Shown piece after piece: positions 34,236 through 42,851 of a stretch of DNA of 63,696 nt. The stretch lies in contig CAZGES010000001.1 of NCBI GenBank assembly GCA_964524375.1, forward strand, positions 1-63,696. Direction: 5' to 3'. Position 1 is the first letter of the stretch, and the number at the start of each line of letters is the position of its first letter. This DNA comes from an uncultured archaeon (GTDB lineage: Archaea; Iainarchaeota; Iainarchaeia; Iainarchaeales; VGJJ01). Below the pieces are notes generated by a model, which was not told where the DNA came from, made no database searches, and saw nothing but the letters and a program-made list of their open reading frames with translations. The position numbers and the translations under genes are program-made.

Positions 34236-36494
34236 CTACGTCTCGACTTGGTCGAATGTGATATTCATGTCGGTAAACCCCTGAATCATTTCCACGTACA
34301 AGCGCGAAGGGTTGGGGATGTTGACGAGCGCACCGTCAAAACGATAGCCGGTGGGAAAAACGACAGTGGAAAGGAGGTCGAGGCTCGTCAAGTATGCTGC
34401 GGCAGGATTGGCGGTGTAATTGGGTGCGCCGGCAGGCAGTCCAACCGTGTTTGAAGTGGGGTACCAGATGCGCACGTTGTTCAAGCGAATGGCACTAAAA
34501 CCTAGGGCAGCATACCACGAATTGTCGGCATTCGCGTCATCGATGACGTGCAAGTACACGTTTCGGTCTCCTGAACCTAATGTAAAATTATGCAGCGAGA
34601 ATTTGTTGATGTCTAATTCTCCATCGTTAGGAGACACGCGCGAGAAGGCAAACGGAATAATGTTCAAGTCATTCACTCCGTATCTGAATGAGTTGTTCGG
34701 CCGCGCGGATGGACTATTGGAGAGTCCACTGTTGTTATCCGCTTCATCAAAAAACATGATGGAAAAATAGTAAGTTTGTCCCACGTTCAAATCGGTAACA
34801 AGTTGATTTCCATCCGACCCCGCGGCGGGGAAAATAATTTGATTGAGGTCTAATCCAGTGGGGTCGCTGTATGCGTAAGGTATCGCGTTGGAGAATTGGG
34901 CGAGTGTGGTAATGGGGGTGGTGGCGTAGCGGATGTCCACCGCTGAAACGGTGCCGGATTGATTATCATCTCCGGGAAAGACCCACTCGAGGAAAGTGGA
35001 TTCGGGATATGGTCCTGATTCGGCGGTAAAACTAGTGGGTGACCCAGGGGGAGTCGTGTCGGTGGCGCAGCCCGCTCCAATTGAATCGCCCGTGTATGAT
35101 GAGCCGTCGGAAAATGTCACAACTGGTTGATAAATGGCATTATTTCCCGAAATGGGATTGGAGAAGGAGATGCTATTATTGTGAAGAATAGACTGCGCAG
35201 GAATGTTGGTGTCCGTGATATCCATCACGTTTCCATCGGCCGCATTTCCGGAGAAAACCTGTCCATTATTGAGTACGACGCTCGTAATAGTGGAATGGTT
35301 CACGTCGCAGTCCCACCAGTGGCGGATGGCAATCGTGGAAAGGGTAACGGGTTTGGAACTCGAGTTGTGCAAAAGTATTCCCGAGATGGATGCTTCCGTT
35401 CCAACGCCCACTTCTCCATCCCATTCCCATCTGAAATAGTTTGTCATCGTATCCACGTTGGCCGTGAGGGGAATGACTTGGCTGTTGGCACCGGTGAAGT
35501 CAGTTATGGAGAGTGACCCTGCATACGCTCCTGCCGTGGTGTTGGCGGGCACGGTGCTATTCACATCCACATACTGGCACGAGGACGCATCAAGTTGAGC
35601 GATGGTAGTCATGGGAGCAACCCACGACCCGGGGGGTTGTGCAGAGGGAGTAAATGAAATGGACTTGATGGGAGTCGAACCCGCGTTGCAGAGCTGCAGC
35701 GTCTGCGAATTAAAGTCCGCGCCGAGCGTGTGATAGGTGACAGAAGAAGGAATGACTGTTAGAAGTGTTTGAGACGGAGAAAAAACTTCCACGTTGATAG
35801 GAATGGAAAATGACTCCACATTCGAACCTATTGTGCTTTGCGCGTGGAGAAAACCCACGTAGTTTCCGAGCGAAGAAGATGTCGCGTTGAAATCCAACGT
35901 GAGTGTGTCGCGTTGAAATTTTGGAATAGATGAGGTGGATTTAGAAACGCTTGCATCAACGAGCGTGTGCGACCAGGAAAGATTGTAAACCATGTTGGCC
36001 GCTCTCGCACTCAAATTAGTAAAGGTAAGAGTGGTTGACTCGTTGGAGTCGCGCGACATGGGAATGTAAATGCTGCCGGTGTCGCTTACTACGGTAACCA
36101 AGCTCACGTTCACCCGGTCCGCGTATGAAACGAGACGGAGGCGCAGCAATCCTACTTCGGTGGGCACGGTTCCCTGCAAGCGGGTTAAACTATCGCGCGC
36201 AATATCCGTGTCGTAGACGCGGAGGATGATGCTGTTGTTCTCATACCGCGAATTGATGGCGTCAATTCCTTTGGGAAATGGCAAAATAATATCACGCGTC
36301 TTCCCGGGACCGGAAAGATAGACTTGGTTGATTTCCCGTACTAATTGTTCAAGCGAAGCGGACGCAATTTCAATGGATTGCTGTCTCTCCACTTCCGCGA
36401 CGTGGGTGGTGGTGAAACTCACGAGCGCGGCTAAAATGGTGAGTGAAATGACCAATACCATGAGCAGTTCAACGCTGGATTGCCCTCGACGCAT
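34236..36494 (-). CDS. giant pilin-like surface protein, paralog 2 (752 aa)
   Basis: MRRG|QSSVELLMVLVISLTILAALVSF. Collinear with paralog 1 (LQLCNAGSTPIKSISFTPS, RHWWDCD, PGDDNQSGT, RIWYPT). The ATG at 36494 lies 25 nt after its own TATA box. Confidence 0.7.
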   Translation of the reverse strand: MRRGQSSVELLMVLVISLTILAALVSFTTTHVAEVERQQSIEIASASLEQLVREINQVYLSGPGKTRDIILPFPKGIDAINSRYENNSIILRVYDTDIARDSLTRLQGTVPTEVGLLRLRLVSYADRVNVSLVTVVSDTGSIYIPMSRDSNESTTLTFTNLSARAANMVYNLSWSHTLVDASVSKSTSSIPKFQRDTLTLDFNATSSSLGNYVGFLHAQSTIGSNVESFSIPINVEVFSPSQTLLTVIPSSVTYHTLGADFNSQTLQLCNAGSTPIKSISFTPSAQPPGSWVAPMTTIAQLDASSCQYVDVNSTVPANTTAGAYAGSLSITDFTGANSQVIPLTANVDTMTNYFRWEWDGEVGVGTEASISGILLHNSSSKPVTLSTIAIRHWWDCDVNHSTITSVVLNNGQVFSGNAADGNVMDITDTNIPAQSILHNNSISFSNPISGNNAIYQPVVTFSDGSSYTGDSIGAGCATDTTPPGSPTSFTAESGPYPESTFLEWVFPGDDNQSGTVSAVDIRYATTPITTLAQFSNAIPYAYSDPTGLDLNQIIFPAAGSDGNQLVTDLNVGQTYYFSIMFFDEADNNSGLSNSPSARPNNSFRYGVNDLNIIPFAFSRVSPNDGELDINKFSLHNFTLGSGDRNVYLHVIDDANADNSWYAALGFSAIRLNNVRIWYPTSNTVGLPAGAPNYTANPAAAYLTSLDLLSTVVFPTGYRFDGALVNIPNPSRLYVEMIQGFTDMNITFDQVET

Positions 36495-36514
36495 GCACGG
36501 AAAAGGGGCCATTT

Positions 36515-36522
36515 CTTTATAT
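36515..36522 (-). promoter_or_regulatory. TATA box (ATATAAAG) for giant pilin paralog 2
   Basis: Centred ~25 nt upstream of the ATG at 36494. Confidence 0.5.
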
Positions 36523-36578
36523 GCGCGCGCGCTCCTTCGGTGGAAAAAAGCAATAACTGTGCGGCGAAAAAATGGCTG

Positions 36579-38864
36579 CTAGAGGGGAGTAAAGCCGGGT
36601 TCCGTTCCTTCGGTGTTATCAATCACCAGATTGAAATCGGAAATTCCCGCGAGCACGTCAATGTAAACGTGGTTGGGGCGCAATACTGAAAGCAGCGACC
36701 CCCCATAAGGGTACGTGGATCCAAATAGATTGGTGTCGCGCAGGTTTAGGCCATTGGTAAAAGGGTAATTATAATTTTGGTCAAACTGCGCACTATTTGG
36801 TTGCCATGAAAGTCCCCCCGTCGGATACCAGATGCGCGCGCGCTTGAGAATGAAATTGTTGAGGTCCAAGAGTATCATCCATCCATTATCGGTGTTGGTA
36901 TCATTCACGATGCGGATGGCAATTTCGTCGTACGCGTTTCCAGGAGAAAATGAGAGTGCGTTCAAATCAAATTGGCTTAATGCCGCTTGTCCTTGAGTAA
37001 CAGCCCCTGAACCCGGAGAAAAATTGACCGCGTTAAAATCGCCCCGCGAATAGGAGAAGCGGTTCCACGCCCGATTCATGTCGGAGTTGGAAAGACTGGC
37101 ATAATTTCCATTTTCATCATACGCTTTCGCGGCGAAATAAAAATCCTTTCCGATGTTGATGTCAGTGAAGACTGCGGAGAACGCTCCCATATAATCCGGG
37201 GGGATTCCTGCTCCTCCGACTGGAATAATGGTTCGCGCGGCGTTGAATTCAGCATTTGTGGTGATGTCGGTGGGGCTGTATTTGTATAATATTCCTAACG
37301 GCGTTCCCGTGTAATTATCATCCCCCGGGAGAGTGAAGCGCAGTTCAATGGATTGCGCGTCCGGACCTTGGAGGGCGACTAAATCCGTGATAGGGGCTGG
37401 AGGAATAATGTCGTCCGGACACGTGTAACTGCCGAACGTGGAACTAGTGTATTGTGTACCATCGGAAAAATCAACGACCGCGTAAAAGGGCTCATTTTCA
37501 TCATTGATTGTGTTGCTGAACTCGAGCAGGTTGTCCGAGTAGCTTGTGAGGACGGGAATGTTGAAGTCTGACACGTCCACCGTATTTCCATCGGCTGCAT
37601 ATCCGGAGAAGCGAGAGTTATTGTCCACGCGGAATTGGGTCCAATAGGAATGAGCGGAGTCGCAGTTCCACCAATCGTGGAGCGTGACATGGGTGATGCG
37701 CACGGGTTTTCGTCCCGTGTTCGTGAGTGCAAAATCAAGAATAGTATTCACACTGCGCACCGCCGGGGACCAGTCCCACGTGAATGCGCTGCTCATTCCG
37801 AGAACAGAAATCGTGGTGGGGATGGAAATAGAATTCGCTCCCGTGTAATCGGAAACGGCGAGTGAACCATAATGCGTTCCCAGCGTGTCGGTGGGCACAC
37901 TCACATTCACATCAACGGCTTGGCATGATTGCGCGGCCAGCGAATCAATAGTTGCAAACGGACTAATCCACGTGCCCGGCGTGCCCGAGGAAGGAGTAAT
38001 TGAAATCGTTTTAATTTCAGTCGCGCCCACGTTGCACAATTGAATCGTTGTTGAATTAGTGTCTATTCCAAAGGTGCTTAACGAAATGCTTGTTGGAAAA
38101 GCAACGAGCTGCGCAGTGCCTCCGACGTGAACATTGGCTTGAAGGGGCAGGACGAGTGTCTGCACCGAACTGGGATAGGTGGCAATGATGGTAGCATCAC
38201 CCGTGTACGTGCCCACTGCACTGCTATTGGAATTAAAATTCACATCAAACGTGAACGTGCCACCCCCATACAAGTCGCCCGAACTCGGACTCACAGCTAT
38301 GTTCACGTCGGAGTGCGACCAGGAAGTGGAAATGGAAATAGCCGCCTGCGCCGAGGCAGCATCATCCAAGAGGAGATTGGTGAGTGTGATGCGCGTGCTG
38401 GACGTGGAACTGCGCGAGAGTGTTGATAGAACGGTGGAAGGACTCATGGTGAAAGAAACTTCTCCAATGAGAACAAAACCGTCAAAGGAGCGGATGCGAA
38501 TGTTCTGCAAACCCGAAGTGGTGGGAAGAGACCCTGTCAAAATGGGAATGGTCTCCCCAAAAACCTGCGTGTCAAAAACATTTAATGCCATTCCATGATT
38601 GGAGACAAGCGTGCCTGTGGATGAAACACCCTCCGGCCACGCGAGTTGAATATAGCGCGACGCGCCCGGGCCTTGAGCATACACTTCATTGGACGCATTG
38701 ACAATCGTCTGAATGGCCAATTCAGCCGTCTTAATGGCGCGCTGTTTCTGAACATTATTCACTTGCTCCGCGGTAAAACTAATGAGCACGGTCAAGATGA
38801 CTAACGCCACGGCGAGAATGGTCATCAATTCAATCGTCGTCTGCGCCCGCAGGGTTCTGCCCAC
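36579..38864 (-). CDS. giant pilin-like surface protein, paralog 1 (about 761 aa)
   Basis: (M)GRTLRA|QTTIELMTILAVALVILTVLISF. I prefer the GTG at 38864, 22 nt after ATCAAAATT. The track ATG at 38987 adds 41 codons across sequence that is a non-coding tRNA promoter in the other copy. Confidence 0.65.
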   Translation of the reverse strand: MGRTLRAQTTIELMTILAVALVILTVLISFTAEQVNNVQKQRAIKTAELAIQTIVNASNEVYAQGPGASRYIQLAWPEGVSSTGTLVSNHGMALNVFDTQVFGETIPILTGSLPTTSGLQNIRIRSFDGFVLIGEVSFTMSPSTVLSTLSRSSTSSTRITLTNLLLDDAASAQAAISISTSWSHSDVNIAVSPSSGDLYGGGTFTFDVNFNSNSSAVGTYTGDATIIATYPSSVQTLVLPLQANVHVGGTAQLVAFPTSISLSTFGIDTNSTTIQLCNVGATEIKTISITPSSGTPGTWISPFATIDSLAAQSCQAVDVNVSVPTDTLGTHYGSLAVSDYTGANSISIPTTISVLGMSSAFTWDWSPAVRSVNTILDFALTNTGRKPVRITHVTLHDWWNCDSAHSYWTQFRVDNNSRFSGYAADGNTVDVSDFNIPVLTSYSDNLLEFSNTINDENEPFYAVVDFSDGTQYTSSTFGSYTCPDDIIPPAPITDLVALQGPDAQSIELRFTLPGDDNYTGTPLGILYKYSPTDITTNAEFNAARTIIPVGGAGIPPDYMGAFSAVFTDINIGKDFYFAAKAYDENGNYASLSNSDMNRAWNRFSYSRGDFNAVNFSPGSGAVTQGQAALSQFDLNALSFSPGNAYDEIAIRIVNDTNTDNGWMILLDLNNFILKRARIWYPTGGLSWQPNSAQFDQNYNYPFTNGLNLRDTNLFGSTYPYGGSLLSVLRPNHVYIDVLAGISDFNLVIDNTEGTEPGFTPL

Positions 38865-38918
38865 CCGATTCCGTACGGGCGCTCCGGAATTTTGATGAAC
38901 CTTTTGGAAAAAAGTTCC
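38844..38918 (-). promoter_or_regulatory. tRNA-type promoter/leader module, copy B, heading the giant pilin gene
   Basis: GGAACTTTTTTCCAAAAGGTTC-ATCAAAAT-TCCGGAGCGCCCGTACGGAATCGGGTGGGCAGAACCCTGCGGGCG aligns with 2846-2906. Confidence 0.55.
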
Positions 38919-39158
38919 GCGCGTCGGCGTTAGGGTCGCCTGCTGCGGCAGAAACTCAGACGAAAACGGTACACTCTTACTTGACATGGCAAAGGCACCA
39001 ATTCTGGGCTTTTAACGGTTGCCCCGCAGCCTTTTTACCCGCAAAAACCCTGGGGAAAAACCCTTTGGGTGACTGCTAGTGCAGTGTTTTATAAAACGCT
39101 TGAAGCAAAAATGGTCTAGAAGACTAGTTTAACTGTTGGGAAAGGGTTCCAGACCTTC

Positions 39159-39190
39159 AAACTTTTTAGGAAAAAGTTTGATCAAAAACC
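39159..39190 (+). promoter_or_regulatory. promoter module of tRNA-Ser(GGA): palindrome AAACTTTTT-AGG-AAAAAGTTT + GATCAAAAA
   Basis: Perfect 9-bp palindrome followed by a TATA-like box ~35 nt upstream of the tRNA 5' end. Same architecture as 2877-2905, 38890-38917 and 57406-57435. Confidence 0.5.
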
Positions 39191-39219
39191 GGTTTTGCTG
39201 AGCCTTTTCTCAAAAGTTT

Positions 39220-39303
39220 GCAGCGATGGCGGAGTGGTCTAACGCGCCGGTCTGGAAAGCCGGTCTCCTCACGGAGGCACGAGTTCAAATCTCGTTCGCT
39301 GCG
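39220..39303 (+). tRNA. tRNA-Ser (anticodon GGA)
   Basis: Acceptor GCAGCGA/TCGCTGC, anticodon arm CCGGT-CTGGAAA-GCCGG, long variable arm, T arm ACGAG-TTCAAAT-CTCGT, discriminator G. Confidence 0.93.
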
Positions 39304-39363
39304 TGCCCGCATTATCGGGCAGCGCTAAAGGACGTTGAGGATTCTGCGAATCCTCAAGCGGCC
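39304..39363 (+). repeat. tRNA 3' flank module (TGCCCGCATTATC.. + hairpin TTGAGGATT-CTGCG-AATCCTCAA + GCGGCC)
   Basis: Starts TGCCC-N2-ATTATC like the Ser-CGA and Leu flanks. 9-bp hairpin at 39335-39357. Confidence 0.5.
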
Positions 39364-39395
39364 GAAATTAAATATACTGACTCTTTCTCTATTGC

Positions 39396-39827
39396 ATGAT
39401 AAAAAATTCTGAATGCATTTTCTGTAAAATTATTGCGGGAGAAATTCCTTCGTATAACGTGTACGAAGACAAAAAATATCTCGCATTCTTGGACATCCAA
39501 CCCACTTCCCCCGGACACGTTTTAGTGGTGCCCAAAAACCATTCGGAGGATTTGCTGCATGCAAGTGCGGACGACCGAAAAGGGTTGTTGGAAATTGTCG
39601 CCAAAATTACTCCATCTATTTTGCGTTCAATGGGAGCAACTGCATTTAACGTGGGCGTGAACACGGGAAAAGATGCGGGACAATTGATCATGCACACGCA
39701 CGTGCACATCATTCCGCGCGCAAAAGGAGATGGGTTGCGCAGCTGGGGGATGAATGCGAAGGAACGCGATCCCAAAAATGAGGGGAATTTTGCCATTATA
39801 GCGGAAAAGATACGCAAGTCAATCTAA
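39396..39827 (+). CDS. HIT-family nucleotide hydrolase/transferase
   Basis: CIFCKII..GE, PGHVLVVPK and the histidine triad HTHVHIIPR. Confidence 0.85.
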   Translation: MIKNSECIFCKIIAGEIPSYNVYEDKKYLAFLDIQPTSPGHVLVVPKNHSEDLLHASADDRKGLLEIVAKITPSILRSMGATAFNVGVNTGKDAGQLIMHTHVHIIPRAKGDGLRSWGMNAKERDPKNEGNFAIIAEKIRKSI

Positions 39828-39862
39828 ATTCTTTTTAAGGTTGAGAATCTTCCCTGCGATAC

Positions 39863-40411
39863 ATGGCCGAAAAACCGTTCAATTGCCAAATGGACATTAC
39901 GTTCGCTCATACGCGGGATGGGCGTCCCGAACTCTATGATTTTTTGTGGGAACACTTGCCGCGTCTTCTGCAAAACTTGAATGAGAAAAAAATACGCATT
40001 TTACTGCAGCCCCCTGGACGAATGGAAACATGGTCGAAGCACACCGGAATGACGCGCAGCGAAATTGAGCATGCGATTCAAAAAGTGGTGAATGACAAAC
40101 GCTTTACCTCAGAGGCCAAATTTGTTGAAGGTTCGGCGCCCGCGCTTGAAATGAATGTGCAAGCAGGAAAAGTGGATGATGTGCTGAACGCATACAATAT
40201 TCTCTTTGAGCGTTTCCTGCCTCACTTAATTTTTGAAGGAAAAACGATTCGAGTGGATTTTTCTCCCGCAGAAAAAAATGCGGTAAAGTTCTTTTCCACG
40301 TCGGAGCAAAAACCGATTATCAACACGTTTCTCGTGCGTAACCTCAAACAAGCGCCGCGCGTACGGAGTATTATTTTTGCTTCCGCTGCCGAACGCGCTC
40401 GGAGGCGTTGA
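39863..40411 (+). CDS. hypothetical protein (182 aa)
   Basis: Intact ORF with an Arg-rich C-terminal tail (ERARRR). No family recognised. Confidence 0.45.
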   Translation: MAEKPFNCQMDITFAHTRDGRPELYDFLWEHLPRLLQNLNEKKIRILLQPPGRMETWSKHTGMTRSEIEHAIQKVVNDKRFTSEAKFVEGSAPALEMNVQAGKVDDVLNAYNILFERFLPHLIFEGKTIRVDFSPAEKNAVKFFSTSEQKPIINTFLVRNLKQAPRVRSIIFASAAERARRR

Positions 40412-40920
40412 ACGTGTACGTGAACGGAAACAAAACAACCGCGTTAATGCATCTGCTCACGCTCAACGAACTTCAACGAATGCGTGTGAATGGAGTGTGG
40501 CCCATTACTCGATTGACGAGCGAACAAACGGTGCTGTTGCACGGAAAAAACAAACCAAAAGAAGGAAAATTTGATTTTCTCGTGGAAACGCCGCGCAAAA
40601 CAATTGGATTTGAAGTACTCACACGGCCAAGCAAAGGAAAAATGCTCAAAAAATTCGCGTATCGAGAGGAAGTGGACCAATTCGTTTTCGTCATTCCGCA
40701 CGATGCACTTCTTCCGTATCATCGTACCGAGAAAAATCACGGTTGGAAAGTCCGTCCGCGATACTTGCCCGCATCATTTGGAGAAAGGGGATTGTACACG
40801 TGGCTCGTGGACGTGGACAAGCAGGCGATTGTGGCGAAAGTACCGTTTTCAAAATTGTTTTTCGTGGAAGACCCTGCAAAAGGGGTTGGTAATCACCGCC
40901 CACCTCAGCGAAGACGTTAA
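40408..40920 (+). CDS. hypothetical protein (170 aa), weak PD-(D/E)xK-like pattern
   Basis: The TTG start overlaps the upstream stop. GKFDFLVET..IGFEVLTRPSKGK is only loosely nuclease-like. Arg-rich tail PPQRRR. Confidence 0.4.
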   Translation: MNVYVNGNKTTALMHLLTLNELQRMRVNGVWPITRLTSEQTVLLHGKNKPKEGKFDFLVETPRKTIGFEVLTRPSKGKMLKKFAYREEVDQFVFVIPHDALLPYHRTEKNHGWKVRPRYLPASFGERGLYTWLVDVDKQAIVAKVPFSKLFFVEDPAKGVGNHRPPQRRR

Positions 40921-40952
40921 AGGCCGCTCACCTGCGGCCGCGCGGAAAGACT

Positions 40953-40973
40953 TGGAGGATTTTCAATCCTCCA
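40953..40973 (+). terminator. hairpin TGGAGGATT-TTC-AATCCTCCA + GAGGCT (GGAT..ATCC family)
   Basis: 9-bp stem 33 nt after the stop at 40920, preceded by a second hairpin GGCCGC..GCGGCC (40922-40939). Confidence 0.45.
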
Positions 40974-41043
40974 GAGGCTTGATATTTCGCTAAACTCCTT
41001 TGCCAGCCGATTCTTAAACGTCTAGTTTCAATGGTTAATACAT

Positions 41044-41121
<78 letters not shown>

Positions 41122-41190
41122 TTATCCAATGACCAAATTTCATATGGTCGTTCGGTAGATTACTATCGGGGATTCTTTGAATCCCATGTA
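41122..41190 (+). repeat. tRNA 3' flank module (TTATCCA.. CATATGGTCGTTCGGTA .. hairpin GGGATTC-TTT-GAATCCC)
   Basis: The 17-mer 41141-41157 is identical to the tRNA-Leu flank (57292-57308, reverse complement). Hairpin at 41169-41185, followed by ATGTAGGCT. Confidence 0.6.
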
Positions 41191-41192
41191 GG

Positions 41193-41220
41193 CTTTTGAT
41201 TCAACTTTTCGCAAAAGTTC
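41193..41220. repeat. orphan copy of the TTTTGAT + AT-palindrome promoter module
   Basis: CTTTTGATTC-AACTTTTCGCAAAAGTT-C aligns with ATTTTGATG-AACCTTTTTTGAAAAGGTT-C (2877-2905). No gene starts within 25-30 nt on either side. Confidence 0.4.
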
Positions 41221-41238
41221 ATTTTCCTGGACGTCTAC

Positions 41239-41261
41239 TTTTCTTTTTACTAAAAAGAAAA
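41239..41261. terminator. perfect 11-bp AT palindrome TTTTCTTTTTA-C-TAAAAAGAAAA
   Basis: Lies 9 nt downstream of the stop at 41270-41272 of the minus-strand gene and gives T5 runs on both strands. Confidence 0.5.
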
Positions 41262-41269
41262 ATAGTATT

Positions 41270-42769
41270 CTATCGCCACTTGATTTTTGCTTGTCTTTGT
41301 TTGCCTTTAATTCCTGTACGTTCAATGGTAGTGCGGATGTCAAACCGTGGTATCTGCGCGAGGGCACTTCTCGAAAACGCGACTTTTTCTCCTTTCTTTA
41401 CGAAGACCCCTTGGTGCACTAATTCTTGGATGGCAAGATCGGTCTGTTGAGCATTAGGATACGTGATCCACTTCGATAATGTTGGAATGTCAATCTCTCT
41501 GTCTTGCAAACGCGTCGCCATCTCAATTTGAACCCATAAGCGGAGTGCACGCGCCACCGCTCCGGGGCGAAATTGTTTGGCTTCTGAGGAGAGCAGTGTA
41601 GATTTGAGCAAATCCAAATGTCGCGTGTCTAATTTTCGAATAGTGTTTAGCTGCCCCAACATTCGATTGAGTTTGAGTTCAGTGGGTTGTCGCTGTGACT
41701 CCGCCAGTTTTCTCAACAATCTTTTCTTGATAGCGAGCGAACCGGTTTGCAATACAATCCGTTGGACTGTCTTCAGTTTGTCGATTCCGCGCGGCGTGGT
41801 GGTGTCAGCCCCTATTTCCCGCATGAGTTTGGAGGGGCTGCTGATTCCCATTTCTGTCAATTGGTGAACTGTTTCATCGAACGAAACAAACAGTGCGCGC
41901 CTACGCAGGAGGTGTTCGTCCGAGTAGCGCCGGCGCTGGATGAGGGTGCGTGCCTCTTCTTCCAGTTTGCGTCGCTCGGAGGGTGGAAGCATAACGTCGG
42001 AAAAACTGTCCATCGCGCGGCGGAGCGCGTCCTCGCGCGCCAGGTTCTCAGGGTCGTTGCGCACTGCGCGGCGTTTTTCCATGAGCTTGGCTTGGTATTC
42101 GATCCACGATTGTCCCGTCTTTTGGGCGAATTCCGCGTTGAAGAATGATTCAGCTTCTTCTCGAGAAGAAATAGTGGGATTCTTTTCTCCCAACCAGGAT
42201 GCAATATGCTCCGGATTGGATGGGAGTTGGGCGTCTTTGAACTGGCGAGAGTAAACCATTGCCACGCCCGCCAATACGGCTGCTTTTCGCCAGTGGGTGC
42301 CGATGAAAATCAGGTGGTTGAAAAGTGCGTGCTTTTGCGTATTGTAACTACGATTCAATGATGCCATTTCATTTTTCAGCCGTTCGGGTTCCTGAAACAA
42401 ATCATCAATCGTTTGCGTGCGCTGTGCTAAGTTTTGAATCAGATCTTCGATTATTTTTTTGTCCTTAGGGAATAAACGAGTGGCTTCAACCATCATGCGG
42501 GAGAGGACATGCTTCACGGTTTCGCGTTCATGTACTCCAAGGGGGCTCGAAATTTCCACGTCACGTTTCAATTGGGGTCGAGAATTTTTCCATTTTTGAA
42601 GCGCGTTGTGCTTCCACACTTCAGGATTCTCATGAGGAACGGGGGCCGTTTTTTCGATCTTTTCAGCGGGGCGAACGGGAAGCACCTTTTCTTCGACGCG
42701 TTGTGCAGCAGGGCGCGGAGCGCGGCTTAATTGTCCGGGCTTGTAACGCGAGACGGGTTTCTTGGCCAT
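41270..42769 (-). CDS. large helical orphan protein with basic Pro-rich N-terminus (499 aa)
   Basis: MAKKPVSRYKPGQLSRAPRPAAQ.., then long predicted helices. No family recognised. Confidence 0.55.
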   Translation of the reverse strand: MAKKPVSRYKPGQLSRAPRPAAQRVEEKVLPVRPAEKIEKTAPVPHENPEVWKHNALQKWKNSRPQLKRDVEISSPLGVHERETVKHVLSRMMVEATRLFPKDKKIIEDLIQNLAQRTQTIDDLFQEPERLKNEMASLNRSYNTQKHALFNHLIFIGTHWRKAAVLAGVAMVYSRQFKDAQLPSNPEHIASWLGEKNPTISSREEAESFFNAEFAQKTGQSWIEYQAKLMEKRRAVRNDPENLAREDALRRAMDSFSDVMLPPSERRKLEEEARTLIQRRRYSDEHLLRRRALFVSFDETVHQLTEMGISSPSKLMREIGADTTTPRGIDKLKTVQRIVLQTGSLAIKKRLLRKLAESQRQPTELKLNRMLGQLNTIRKLDTRHLDLLKSTLLSSEAKQFRPGAVARALRLWVQIEMATRLQDREIDIPTLSKWITYPNAQQTDLAIQELVHQGVFVKKGEKVAFSRSALAQIPRFDIRTTIERTGIKGKQRQAKIKWR

Positions 42770-42851
42770 GTCATGGTAATCGTTTCAACCAATAAAAAGG
42801 GGTCGTTTATCCGCGTGCGGAAATCTCCCTTAAATAGATAGAGACGATTCG

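Noticed and set aside
38865-38987. ATG-initiated 41-codon extension of the giant pilin ORF
   Set aside because: The same sequence upstream of tRNA-Ser(CGA) is a non-coding promoter. It would put 48 residues in front of the class III signal peptide. I keep it only as an alternative start.
39140-39165. Replication-origin ORB-like element (GGTTCCAGACCTTCAAAC)
   Set aside because: It only loosely resembles TTCCAGTGGAAA-type ORB cores. There are no repeats of it and no orc1/cdc6 gene nearby.
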